From Takakia lepidozioides (Eukaryota; Plantae; Bryophyta), in assembly GCA_030704615.1 (NCBI GenBank), contig CM060732.1:39742001-39806000 (forward strand): a DNA stretch of 64,000 nt, given 5' to 3'. The position numbers and the translations under genes were made by a program. Under the pieces are notes generated by a model. The model saw only the letters and a list, made by a program, of their open reading frames with translations. It was not told the origin of the DNA and searched no databases. Below, one piece after another: positions 51,864-62,756 of this stretch (position 1 is its first letter; each line of letters starts with the position of its first letter).

Positions 51864-51997
51864 CGCTCGCAATCTGCACAGCAATGCGCACAGACAGAGA
51901 GAACTCTCTCTCTCTCGAGGTTCAGGGCTTTAGCCTTCCGTCCATCCTTCGTTCGACGATACCCAACGTTCGTTCTATTCCGTTCAGATTTCCTGTC

Positions 51998-52197
51998 ATT
52001 CGTCCGGTCGTTGGACGCATGCGTCTGTATGATGAATGTATCTTGGATGGTATTCTCGAGAAACTTCGTACATCCGTCCGTCCTTCGTTCAAACGTTACC
52101 TGTATTGCGTTCATATTCGTCCGGTCGTTGGACGCATGCGTCCACAAGATGAATGTATCTTGGATGGTATCCCCGAGAAACTTCGTACATCCGACTG
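51998..52197. repeat. Tandem duplication (117-bp period, ~80-bp core) in the DHAD/RPL13a bidirectional promoter
   Basis: ATTCGTCCGGTCGTTGGACGCATGCGTC...GATGAATGTATCTTGGATGGTAT..CGAGAAACTTCGTACATCCG at 51998 and 52115. Confidence 0.9.
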
Positions 52198-52293
52198 GGG
52201 GGGTTGGGGGAGAAGAGAAGGGAGGGCAGCTATGGCGGCTCCTTTGCAGCGCACGACAGACGAGACGAGAGGAGACGAGGTGCTGCTGAAGCG

Positions 52294-54774
52294 ATGGTGT
52301 CGGGATCAGGGCTCTGCGCTAAATTGGTCGTGGTGGATGCACGCCATCACATGCTGGGGCGCCTGGCGTCGATCCTCGCCAAGGAGCTTCTTAATGGCCA
52401 GCGCGTGGTATGTTCCCCTCTTGTCTCTGTCGCTGTCTGTCTCTGTCTCCCTCCGATCGATGAAGAGAAGACTGTTGTAATCCACATTTTTTTCTTGGTT
52501 TCTTCTGTTGTAGAGGGTGGTACTTAAAAGTAAAGAGGGGGGAAGGTTTTTGTAGAGGGGTGGCAAGCTAGTCTTTCAGTGTGAATCGCTGTCTCTGTCT
52601 GTCTCCCCCATATGTGGAAACAATGCATCTGCAGCGCACTTCTGTCTTGGTTCTCTTGTGTTGTAGGGTTGGGTCTGAACAAGAATTAGGTTGGAAGTTG
52701 ATTGCGTTTGGTGGAAAGTAAGGTCTATTGACTTTCCAATGAAGTTTCCTTTTTGCACGTTCAGCAATTGTGCTGAAGAAGACGCCCTGCTCACAAAGTG
52801 GGCTTCTAATATATATGCTGTTGAGTTGTGATTTATCCCGGAGTGTGTAGCACCCGCTATTTCTCTCTTCAACAGAGCCAGACTAGTGATGTCGGCATTC
52901 TATTTCGTCCTGTTTTTCTTATGGTGTAGAGGTGGGATTCAGAATGATTTGGTAGAAGCTCATTGTGAAGTGGTGGGATGCTATGTACTAAAAGACACGT
53001 TCACTGATGATGTGCGATGTGATTTTCTACGTAGGTCGTTGTGCGGTGCGAAGAGATTTGTTTGTCGGGTGGCCTTGTCAGGCAGAAAATGAAATACCTT
53101 CGATTTCTGAGTAAGAGGATGAACACAAAACCAAGCAAGGGACCTATCCACTTTCGGGCGCCGGCTCGCATTCTCTGGCGGACTATTCGGGGGTACTTAT
53201 ACTTCTTTTCCTAAACCTCATCTTTGGATCTAAGGCCTCTACAGTAATGGAAGACTGCATATCAGAAAAGAACCGAAGGGTGGTTTCGGAGTCCATAAGC
53301 CGGACCTGGCTTGTCACTCTGTCTCCAACCCTCGTGTTCACTTCTACTGTTTCTGTGGGGGTGTTTTCTAATTTGTGTGCAACTCTCTCCATATGCCTGG
53401 CGGTGGTGGAATGTCACATTGGTTAATGTGACACATTTACCTTAGGATGGGCGAAATTGGCTCCTTGCCTTGCAACTGGGCACAGGCAGCCATATTCTCA
53501 AACAATCCATTGGTAAAAATTATTCATCAGGAGGTAGACAGCCACTGTGTCCTCGACACACACAGATGCACTTTGGAAGCTGAAGGGGAAGCTCAAAGAA
53601 CTTTGGGAACAATAACTGACAGTAGAGAAAGAAATCACTAATATCCAGGCCCAATTCTTTACCCAAAGGCAGAGCGAGCACCTTCTAAGGTAGTTCTTCC
53701 ATACATTCATTTGTCCCTGGAATTAGATGCTTTACAACAGTGTCTAGCTGTAATTAGGAAGTCCATTAGGCAGGGGTGCTCCTTGTACATAGTTTTCTGC
53801 CAGCACATAAAGCCCAACATAGCTATTGAATCTCTGGATTGCTGATGACTTCTTTCTCCTCCCTGGCTGATGCTCCATGGAATCCTCTACAATCAAAGAC
53901 AAAGATGAGTCCTGTGTAGTTGCCACTGTAACCCCCCCCAAACTCCCTCTTGTACAAGTTTTGAAGCACTCTGAACCCAATGTTTTCCACTGTATGCATC
54001 CATGACATTAGCAGGCCCTGGTGCTCAAGCTTTCTCTGATGGCTGCAGGATGGTTCCACACAAGACAAAGCGTGGAGCAGCTGCACTTGAGCGTCTCAAA
54101 GCTTTTGAAGGGGTGCCTGCGCCCTATGACAAGATGAAGAGAATGGTGATACCTGATGCTTTGAAGTAAGTTGTGACAGTAATGTTAGCTGTGTGGTTCC
54201 CCATTCTCCCCAATCAGTTCCACTGGCTTTTGTGTGAGAGCATATCTTGTTTCTCTTAGTTGGGTTCATGCAGGGTTTCCAGGAGATTGTTCTATAGTGC
54301 TGTTAAGATGCTACAGTCTGTACTTTCTTCCATCATCATTTATGTGCCGATGTCCGGGCTTCTGGTTGGGGGTGCTGTACGCAGGGTGTTGAGATTGCAA
54401 CCAGGCCACAGGTTCTGTTTGCTGGGACGCCTATCCGAAGAAGTGGGCTGGCACCACTATGATACCATCAAGGTGTGTCCTTGGCCTTCTGGCGTTGGGC
54501 TGGTGTACTCGTCTTTGCTACCCCACTCTTGTTCTGTGGTTTACAGTGGGAGACTGCTGTCTTCTACAGTGCATACATGTCTGTGAAGGGGTGATGCTGA
54601 ACAGGTTGGTTGTTATGTGGGCAGGAGTTGGAGGAGAAGCGCAAGGCTAAATCGAAGGTGTTCTATGAACGCAAGAAGCAGCTTGTGCAGCTGCGGGTCA
54701 AGGCTGCGAAGCGCGCTGAGCCACAACTAGAGGGTCTGCAAGAGGTCCTCGCACCCATCAGCTACACATCATAG
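52294..54774 (+). CDS. RPL13a: 60S ribosomal protein L13a (uL13), 5 exons
   Basis: [26 protein letters not shown] / [21 protein letters not shown]...[15 protein letters not shown] / [21 protein letters not shown] / [21 protein letters not shown] / [18 protein letters not shown], with GT-AG introns. Confidence 0.97.
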
Positions 54775-55977
54775 ACACAATTTATGACACTGTTTCTGTA
54801 TGGATCCAATAGGGTTCATTGGTAAATCAAGTTCTGCTGTGCGTGCCCATGGACTGATGAGGCCTAGGAGGGTCCTGAGTTCTAACATCATTTTTGGCGA
54901 GAGAGTGGGTAGCAGCTTCATGTTGAGGTTTGGTCGGTCTTACTCCATATGTAATATGAACTTGTTTCCTTGACAGTCAAATGTGAACGTCTTTGGTGAG
55001 TTGATTGTTCTCCACCTGAAGTACCTGGAATGGGAATGAAGTCATTGTCGTTTTTCAGTAACTGCAGCTTATTTATGCTGGTTGTTTCACTACATTAAGT
55101 GTCCTAAACTCTGTTTGTGGAACTATCCTTTTCTCCATTCAAATATGGACCACAGAATTGCAACTGAAAAGTGGCATCACTAAAGTTGTTTTGTGTTCCA
55201 ATTCAGTGAACAGGAATTTACTTCTGCGGTTGGTAGTTGAGCTGCAGAAGGTGGCTCATTCCACCAGTGTGAACTGCTGACCTAAAGTCGGAGAAATGTT
55301 TAAGTATTTCAATGGCTGTGAATGGACCTGGGGGAGATCAGTAGGGTTGAAATGCCCCCATGCTATTTGGCATGTTGTAAATGGAGCTGACAGATCAGAT
55401 TATCAAGTAGATTGCACAACTGTAACTCAATGTTAATGTTAAATGCCATAATGCCAACTGTCCTCAAGTCGACCACTCCAGTTCTCCAAATGACTCTCAC
55501 ATGTGCTTCAGTGCACCTTTCCCTTGTTACCAAAACGCTTGCAAATCTTTTTGCTGATCTTAAACTCTGCAGATCAACTTTTGTTTTGAAGGCAAGATTT
55601 GGAAGCCAATTATGCACCAAACAGCTGCCTTTACTAGTGTCTCTCAAATGTGCATGCCCTCATCCTGTAGTAGTTTGATGAGAAAAGTCCCCAAAGAACT
55701 CCGAAAGTGTGGTTGATTGCTAAAACAGCAAAACTCTCACTTTTTAAACCTCAGTCCAGAGAAGACCTCTCCAGCTCTGGGGATAGCCGGTGTCAACATG
55801 TACTGAGAAACAACAACTTCCCCAGAAAAATAACAGTGCAGGTGCCCAGTCTCCTGTCTCTTTCTTGCTGCAAAACTTTCAACCCCGATCAGTATCGTGA
55901 TGCTTTACATACACTTACCTGCACTGCTGACAGATGTCTTCCCTGACTTCAATGCTCATAATCAATAGTTGAACTCT

Positions 55978-56103
55978 GATTATCACACTGTGCGACTGAC
56001 TCTTAAGTGTAGTACTGTTTGTCAAGTTCACTGACACAGATTATCACACTGTGCGACTGACTCTTAAGTGTAGTACTGTTTGTCAAGTTCACTGACACAG
56101 ATT
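55978..56103. repeat. Perfect 61-bp tandem duplication downstream of the PPR stop codon
   Basis: GATTATCACACTGTGCG...CTGACACA x2, followed by GATT. Confidence 0.95.
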
Positions 56104-56183
56104 TTCACGAGGCTTCAATCTTTGCTTCTGATGGAATCACTAGCCCTACTCTGAAGTGACGCATTTCATGCAGGTGCCCTGTT

Positions 56184-58766
56184 TCACCAGTAATCCCCAC
56201 AAGAACAAACTCCATCTAGAAAATGGTGAAAGCGGTTGGCATCCCGCACAACAATCTCTCGCCCAACAATCTTTGCAATGAACTTCGTGGCAGTGTGGCA
56301 GTCACCACAAACCCGAAGCTTCTTGAAGACACGGACAGGTATACCAGGGGGAGTGCTGATAAGCCCAAAAGCAATGGCCAGCTTCTCACTGTGGTGGCAA
56401 AGAGAGAGCATCTTTTGCTTTTCCTCCAAATCATGCGTTACAAAGCGGGCGTCAGGCACATAACCAGCCTCCTCCATCAGCTCAGACAATCTCTTCAGCT
56501 CAGTACGAATTTCCATGATTTGTGGATGCAATTTGTCTTCTGCAGCGAACGTATGCACCTGGTTATCGACTTCAATGCAGCTGTGCCCTGGCTCCTTTCT
56601 GACACATCTGTCCTGCATCATTTTTCTCACCTTTGCAGTATCATCCCATCTGCCAGCTGCAGCATATATGTTCGATAGGAGAACATAAGCTCCACTGTTC
56701 ACTGGATCCCTCTTCAGAATATGTTTTGCTGCAAATTCTGCTAGATTCACATTCTTGTGGATCCTGCAGGCACCAAGAAGGGCCCCCCACACCAAAGCAT
56801 CTGCTTCAATAGGCAATTTGTCAATGAAGTCCTTTGCTTCATCCAATCGCCCTGCACGGCCAAGAAGGTCCACGATGCAGCCAAAATGCTCCCCGGTAGG
56901 AGTGAGGCCATGCTCTCGACTCATGGATTCCAAGTAGTGACAGCCTTCATCCACTAGGCCCCCATGGCTACATGCAGCGAGAAGAGATATAAGGGTGATA
57001 CCATCCGGCTTCACGCCTTCCTCTTGCATTTGTTCAAACAGATCAAGAGCCTCCCTACCACACCCATGCTGAGCATATCCTGCAATGATGGCGCTCCATG
57101 AGACCACATCTCGTTGAGCCATCTTGTCAAAAACTATACGTGCGTCCTTTAGCTTCCCACATTTGGCATACATGTCAACGAGAGTATTTTCCAAAATCAT
57201 ATCTAGTGCAATCCCACTTTTTTCTATGACATGGTAGAGCTGCTTGCCCTTTTCAAGGGCTCCCAAGCTAGCACACGCATTGAGAACGGATGTGAATGTG
57301 ACCGTGTCCGGTGTTACCCCTTCCTGTTGCATTTGCTCATATACATTGAATGCCTCCTCACCAAACCCATGCTGAGCATATCCTGAAATCATCACACTCC
57401 ACGTAACCACATCTCGTTTAGACATTTTGTCGAACACTTGGCGTGCATCCTTTACGCTCCCACATTTGGCATACATGTCAACAAGAGCAGTATCCAAATA
57501 GATATGTGGCTCAATTCCAGCTTTGGTGATGTCGGCATGGACCTCTTTTCCCTTTTCCAGGGCACTCAGGCTAGCACACACACTGAGAGCAGAAATGAAC
57601 GTGACCATATTGGGCGCCACCCCTTTCCATTGCATTTGCTCATACATCGCGAAAGCCTCCCTACTAAACCCATGCTGAGCATATCCTGCAATCATTACAG
57701 TCCATGAGATGACATCTTGTTTAGCCATATTGTCAAACACGTCATGCGCATCTCTCATGCTCCCGCATTTGGCATACATGTCAATCAGAGCATTCTCCAA
57801 ATATATATGTGATGCAACACCAGATTTGATGATGTCAGAATGGACATCTTTGCCCTTTTCCACGGCTCCTAGGCTGGCACAAGCTTTAACAACACAAATG
57901 AACGTGACCCTGTTAGGTGTTATCCCCTCCCGTTGCATTTGCTTGTACATCTCAAAAGCCTCCCTACCACAATCATGTTGAACATATCCTGCAATCATCG
58001 CACTCCAAGAGACCACATCTGGTTTAGACATTTTGTTAAACACTTTCTGTGCATCCTTTATGCTCCCGCATTTGGCATACATATCAACAATGGTATTCTC
58101 CAAAATGTTATCTAGCGCAATTCCAGCTGTAATGATGTCAGCATGGACCCCTCTGCCCCTTTCCAGAGCTCCTAGGCTGGCGCACGCATTGAGAGCACAA
58201 GTGAATGTGACCCTGTCAGGAATCATCCCTTCCCATTGCATTTTCTCATAGATTTTCAGAGCCTCCTGAGCATGCCCATGCTTGGCATATCCTGCCATCA
58301 TCATAGTCCACGTAAACATATCTCTTTCAGGCATTTTGTTAAACACTTGACCTGCATGGACCATGCTCCCGCACTTGATATACATGTTGACAAGGTTGTT
58401 GAGTAGAAAGACATTAGGCTTGAATCCACTCTGGATAATATGGGTGTGCACCTGCTTTCCCTCTGCTATGTCTTTCATGTTCCCACACTCCTGTAGGAGC
58501 AAAACGTAAGTACTAGAATCTACACGAATGTCACCTTCCTTCAGAAAATCCAAAGCTTCTTTTAGTCGTCCTGCCTTACATAGTGTCCTCATATAACCAC
58601 ACATGCCAGAAGAGTCCTTATTGACTCCCCCTCTTGGTCCTCTTTCAAACTCAATGTTGATGGGGGAGGTGCTAATCCTGCCACCAGTCTCATGTCCACC
58701 AAACGATTGTGCCTGATTCAATCTCACCATCCTGCATGACTCCAAGTTACACACCTTCAAGTTCAT
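56184..58766 (-). CDS. PLS-class PPR protein with E1-E2-DYW domain (organellar C-to-U editing factor); N-terminus probably extends upstream
   Basis: 860-aa ORF with repeated L-S-P triplets, P2-L2-S2, E1/E2, PG box, HSEKLA and CGDCH, ending in DYW. Confidence 0.96.
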   Translation of the reverse strand: MNLKVCNLESCRMVRLNQAQSFGGHETGGRISTSPINIEFERGPRGGVNKDSSGMCGYMRTLCKAGRLKEALDFLKEGDIRVDSSTYVLLLQECGNMKDIAEGKQVHTHIIQSGFKPNVFLLNNLVNMYIKCGSMVHAGQVFNKMPERDMFTWTMMMAGYAKHGHAQEALKIYEKMQWEGMIPDRVTFTCALNACASLGALERGRGVHADIITAGIALDNILENTIVDMYAKCGSIKDAQKVFNKMSKPDVVSWSAMIAGYVQHDCGREAFEMYKQMQREGITPNRVTFICVVKACASLGAVEKGKDVHSDIIKSGVASHIYLENALIDMYAKCGSMRDAHDVFDNMAKQDVISWTVMIAGYAQHGFSREAFAMYEQMQWKGVAPNMVTFISALSVCASLSALEKGKEVHADITKAGIEPHIYLDTALVDMYAKCGSVKDARQVFDKMSKRDVVTWSVMISGYAQHGFGEEAFNVYEQMQQEGVTPDTVTFTSVLNACASLGALEKGKQLYHVIEKSGIALDMILENTLVDMYAKCGKLKDARIVFDKMAQRDVVSWSAIIAGYAQHGCGREALDLFEQMQEEGVKPDGITLISLLAACSHGGLVDEGCHYLESMSREHGLTPTGEHFGCIVDLLGRAGRLDEAKDFIDKLPIEADALVWGALLGACRIHKNVNLAEFAAKHILKRDPVNSGAYVLLSNIYAAAGRWDDTAKVRKMMQDRCVRKEPGHSCIEVDNQVHTFAAEDKLHPQIMEIRTELKRLSELMEEAGYVPDARFVTHDLEEKQKMLSLCHHSEKLAIAFGLISTPPGIPVRVFKKLRVCGDCHTATKFIAKIVGREIVVRDANRFHHFLDGVCSCGDYW

Positions 58767-58905
58767 ACGGACAGAATAGATCTCTAAGCTCCTAGATAAT
58801 TCGAAAGAAAAACCTCTTCATATGGCTTCTTAGGGTCACAACACAACTGCACTAATCTATTTCAAGACTAGACAGTACCACCCTATCTGATTGAGTTGGA
58901 ACCAC

Positions 58906-59480
58906 CTGTTGCATTCTCGGCCTGAAGCTCCATGGTATACGTCGACAATAGAAGCATTCACGGCTTGTGCTGGACAATCTATCGTGGCAGCTAGCTGTGC
59001 TTTAACCCATGGAGGGTTAAACCAACTCTCAATCCCAAGACCCTCCTTTGTCTGTTTATATCTAAAATCAGGTGATCTTGGACTTCGCTGTGGAAAAAAC
59101 AAAACAGCTGAGTAGCCTAGATCCAACCATCTCCATAGACAGACTACAACCACCAAGCATATTTCAAATTACAAGGAAACCCTTGAACGACCTCACTTCA
59201 TGTTCTGCTAACAAGGAAGAACAACCTACTGATAGCAATATGAGAACCATTCTGCTTCTTTTTGAAGACGAAGAGCAAGCTTGTATTGATTTAAGCAACT
59301 GGAGATACGGTCCAGTCCAAAAAACATCATCATGCCAGCTTCTCTCTTTAACAAATCCTTTCCCCTCCTAAATGAACATGGTCTCACCTTCTCAAACCTG
59401 TTATCCCACCACTGCGAAGGATCTGAGAAGAACTCCTGCCAGAGCAGTTCTTTGCTCATTGCTTGATCTGTGTGCCGGAA
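58906..59480 (-). CDS. Two exons encoding an OSB-type PDF motif, candidate 5' exons of the PPR gene
   Basis: Exon 59480-59388 (..LLWQEFFSDPSQWWDNRFEK) joins exon 59087-58906 (RSPRSPDFRYKQTKEGLGIESWFNPPWV) across a phase-0 GT-AG intron. Confidence 0.7.
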
Positions 59481-59829
59481 CTGCAAGAATGAGAACTTTC
59501 CCAGATTCAGTCTCTGTGGAGGGAATGCTATTGCAGTTTGTGCATCATTTCTCTGAGCTACTCTCAGTTCTTTCTCTGCCTCACCTTGCAGACAAAAAAA
59601 TGACACATACTGAAAATTCCAGATACTGCAGAACGAGTTGTGGTGGCCAAGGCAGCCCTTCAAGCCAGGCTGATACGCACGTTCCACCACAGCCTGAGTT
59701 TGACCAGACTCTGTCCTTCCATCATGATCTGCCATCCCACCAGAATCTGGGGCTCCAATGTTCGCAGTAGTCTTAGAGCTGTACTCCAGTATCCATCGAG
59801 CACCCCATTGTTTTCGACCTTCTCCCATA

Positions 59830-60323
59830 GCAGCTACCTCATTATTCACTAAAGGAGTTCAACAGGCTCTCAATCCAAAGGACCTCATAGTGTGCTTATG
59901 TCTGAAGTCTGAACATCTTGGACTTTCCTGCAAGAATCACCACTATGTAGCTGAGCAGCAATAGCCTTGGCCATAGCTTTTTAGAGGCTAGGCCTGCAAC
60001 CACAAGCACCGCTCGAAAAAACTGCCTGCAACTTTAAATAAACCAACTTCAATGCTATTGTGGATTAACAACCAACTCATCCACCAACTAATAAGCATAA
60101 TGGCAGTGTGACAGACAACTGAAACCATGCTCCTAGTCTGCAAAATACACCACCATAAAGTATACCAGCTGCCCCCCCCCAAAAAGTACGAATTTTCTTT
60201 CAATCTTGGAACTGAAAATGATATAGATAAAGAATAGAGATGGCCTCACCTTTTCAGACCTGCTGTCCCACCCCTGCAGACTGTCTGAAATGAACCCCTG
60301 CCAAAGCATGCTTATTGCTTGGC
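59830..60323 (-). pseudogene. Degenerate second PDF-motif module
   Basis: LWQGFISDSLQGWDSRSEK|GTGAG ... CAG|ESPRCSDFRHKHT, then a frameshifted EVLWIESLLN. Same intron position as the intact copy; in-frame TGA. Confidence 0.6.
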
Positions 60324-61528
60324 CTGCTAGTACACAACAATGAAACATATGTCTTGAGCACATCTCAGGCATAGGGGTCTAACTGAGGAATACTCGAGTA
60401 GAGCTTCCTTTAAATTAACATCTCTCTCTCTCCCTCTCTCTCTCATACTTTTGAAAGCAGCACTCACATCCGTGTCAGATTAGGGGCTAGAGCAGCGTTG
60501 CTGGAATCGAAGAGCTCTTTTCTGGCGGAATGTCTATACCAGTTTACCATCAACTCTCAATTCCCTGTAACTGGATTGTTTTTGGTCGTTCGCAAGTGCC
60601 ATGTCGTTATCGGTTCCCATACACCGGTGGGCTAGAAACCGAGTAACTGGCTCCAGGAGGTTTGATATCCCGAGGACATTTCAGCATGGTCAAGATTCGC
60701 AAGAAACGGCCAATGATTGCATCTCCATCTGCCCTTTACAGTATCATAACAAGTGTGGCTCTGCACTGCTACAGAGGGACCGAACAACGTGTGTCACAAC
60801 AGCCCTCTGCATCAAGGAGTGAGCTCAGGATGCCTGCCTCAGAATTCCCCTGGATTATGTGCGAGCCCTCTCATAAAACCTCCCTGACAGTATCCCACGG
60901 GCTATGACTGCAAGCAAGCCTTGTCATTAATTCTGGATGGTGTGGAAGCGTGTTAGACACCACTTGCGAGGGCCTCGGCTGCGAGTGCGGCAGAGCCAAG
61001 CTGCATACGCATTTCAGTTCCACAGCCTGGTCCCTCACTCTTCGTCATGATGGGCGGCATCCAGCCATCTCAAGGAGAAGACAGGCCCCTCTCTTGCGGA
61101 CTCATTAGGAGTGCGCAGAAGCACGCAGCCATTTTGCGAAGACAGATCCTTTTATGGATTCTGTGAAATGCACCATACCCAGATTCAAGAATATTCTATT
61201 CGAGATAGAACTCCTTTGAAGTTCCCAAACTGTTCTCGGAGGCTCGGTCTCCGGACTGAAGTGGGGTTGTAATTCTTGACGTCTTGCAAGCGTCAGAGCG
61301 TGCATTGATGGTCTACATTCTGATGTCAATACAACACTTTACATCTTCTGTCCTGGGTGACAATGGAACGCCACGTATGTTGTTTTCGCATAAAGAGAAA
61401 GTGTGGGGATTATGTAGAGAGTCCTCCAGTTTGTAAGAGGACAATCCAGCCTAATTGGACTCGTCAAACTACTCAAGCTGATAAACCCTTAGAGCAAATT
61501 GTTCTTGACTTTTGACAGTTGAGGGAAA

Positions 61529-62098
61529 ATGGACCTGGAGCAATCCTGGGAGCTGGGTGGTAGGCAGGCTGGGAAGAGAGGATGGGAGAGGAGAGCTTCA
61601 GCAGAGCGGGCGGGAGAAACCAGCAACAAGAAAAAGAGGGCTGATAATTGGCAGAATTCTGAAGTGGATGGGCTAGTCGCTGCATACAGACAAATCCATG
61701 ATAAAATGGCTGTTGCAGGCAAGAGGGTGAACACAGTATTTCGATCGGCACATGAGAAATGGAAAGAGATCCACCAGTTGTTATATCGGATGGGCATTGA
61801 CAGGCAACCTAAGGAGATAGAGAGAAAATGGTCGAACCTGTACACAGGTTTTAGGCAGATTGCTGAGTTCAACAAAAGACTGGCTGGAAGAGGGAGCTAT
61901 TGGGACATAAACGAGCAAACCAAGAAAGAGAAGAGCAAGGCGAAAGAACTGCCATCAATCTTCAGAGTCGAGTTGTATGACGCCATGGCTGAGTTTTTGG
62001 GAGATGATTGTGACATGAAGCTGCGCGCCTCCGACCCTCCGTCCACCCAGCTCGCCTCGATTCCCTCTTGTCAGTTTGCTGTTCTCTCTGACCCATGA
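61529..62098 (+). CDS. Trihelix (Myb/SANT-like) DNA-binding domain ORF
   Basis: KKKRADNWQNSEVDGLV...KWKEIHQLL...RQPKEIERKWSNL...SYWDIN...LP..F..ELYDAMAEFL, the three-Trp trihelix pattern plus its typical C-terminal extension. Confidence 0.85.
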   Translation: MDLEQSWELGGRQAGKRGWERRASAERAGETSNKKKRADNWQNSEVDGLVAAYRQIHDKMAVAGKRVNTVFRSAHEKWKEIHQLLYRMGIDRQPKEIERKWSNLYTGFRQIAEFNKRLAGRGSYWDINEQTKKEKSKAKELPSIFRVELYDAMAEFLGDDCDMKLRASDPPSTQLASIPSCQFAVLSDP

Positions 62099-62756
62099 AT
62101 GGTCCGGTATGCTCATATTACTTTCTTTATTGATAGAGAACCTTAGAGGTTTCAAAGGTTACTGGATTAGGAATGTGCAGGGGTGTCAGTGTTTTCATCC
62201 CTGCGGCTATGTCTCAATTGCCTCTGGTTTTTGGTTACTGCAGTTTCTAAAAGCTCCCATCTTTGGACTCTGTCTCTTGCTTTCTTGGAATGATTTATGT
62301 TGGGTGAAAAGATTCTGTGTGACTGGAATCCCAATTCTACCTGGGTCCCAGTACAAGTCTGAAAAGCACAATGTGTCACCCTTGATCTATCCCAACAAGG
62401 CAGAGTTGGCAGAAAAAGTCAAGCTACAACCATTGGCTGCTTCACACACAGGTTTCAAAGCCATGAGGCTTGATGTCACACCTAAAGAAATGGGGTTTAC
62501 AAGGGTTACTGGGTGTGGCAGGTGACATGGACGTTCCTCTGCCTATGGACAAGCTTGGTTCTCATACGCCACCTTTAAATGGGAGCGAGGAGTATGTACT
62601 CTCTCTTTCTCTAGTGGGTTATTCATGCTCAATATGGTGGTATTAGAAACTTTAAGGACAAACTTGCTAGGCATACCACCCTCAAGGAAAGGGAGACAAA
62701 GCAAGAGGAAGTGTGAAGAAACAGCTGACAATTGGGTTGATTGACTCTGATTGCAG

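Noticed and set aside
51998-52197. CRISPR-like or snoRNA interpretation of the promoter repeat
   Set aside because: Only two long units in a eukaryotic context, and the TGATGA has no matching box D or terminal stem.
51408-52480. Long plus-strand ORFs (293 aa and 235 aa)
   Set aside because: They are antisense to DHAD exon 1 and run through the promoter repeat and an alternative RPL13a frame, i.e. shadow ORFs.
52408-54624. Intronic snoRNAs in RPL13a, as in vertebrates
   Set aside because: Isolated TGATGA motifs only, with no C/D pair having a stem and an rRNA guide.
60600-61330. Possible decayed gene between the PPR and trihelix genes
   Set aside because: Short interrupted ORFs with no identifiable motif.
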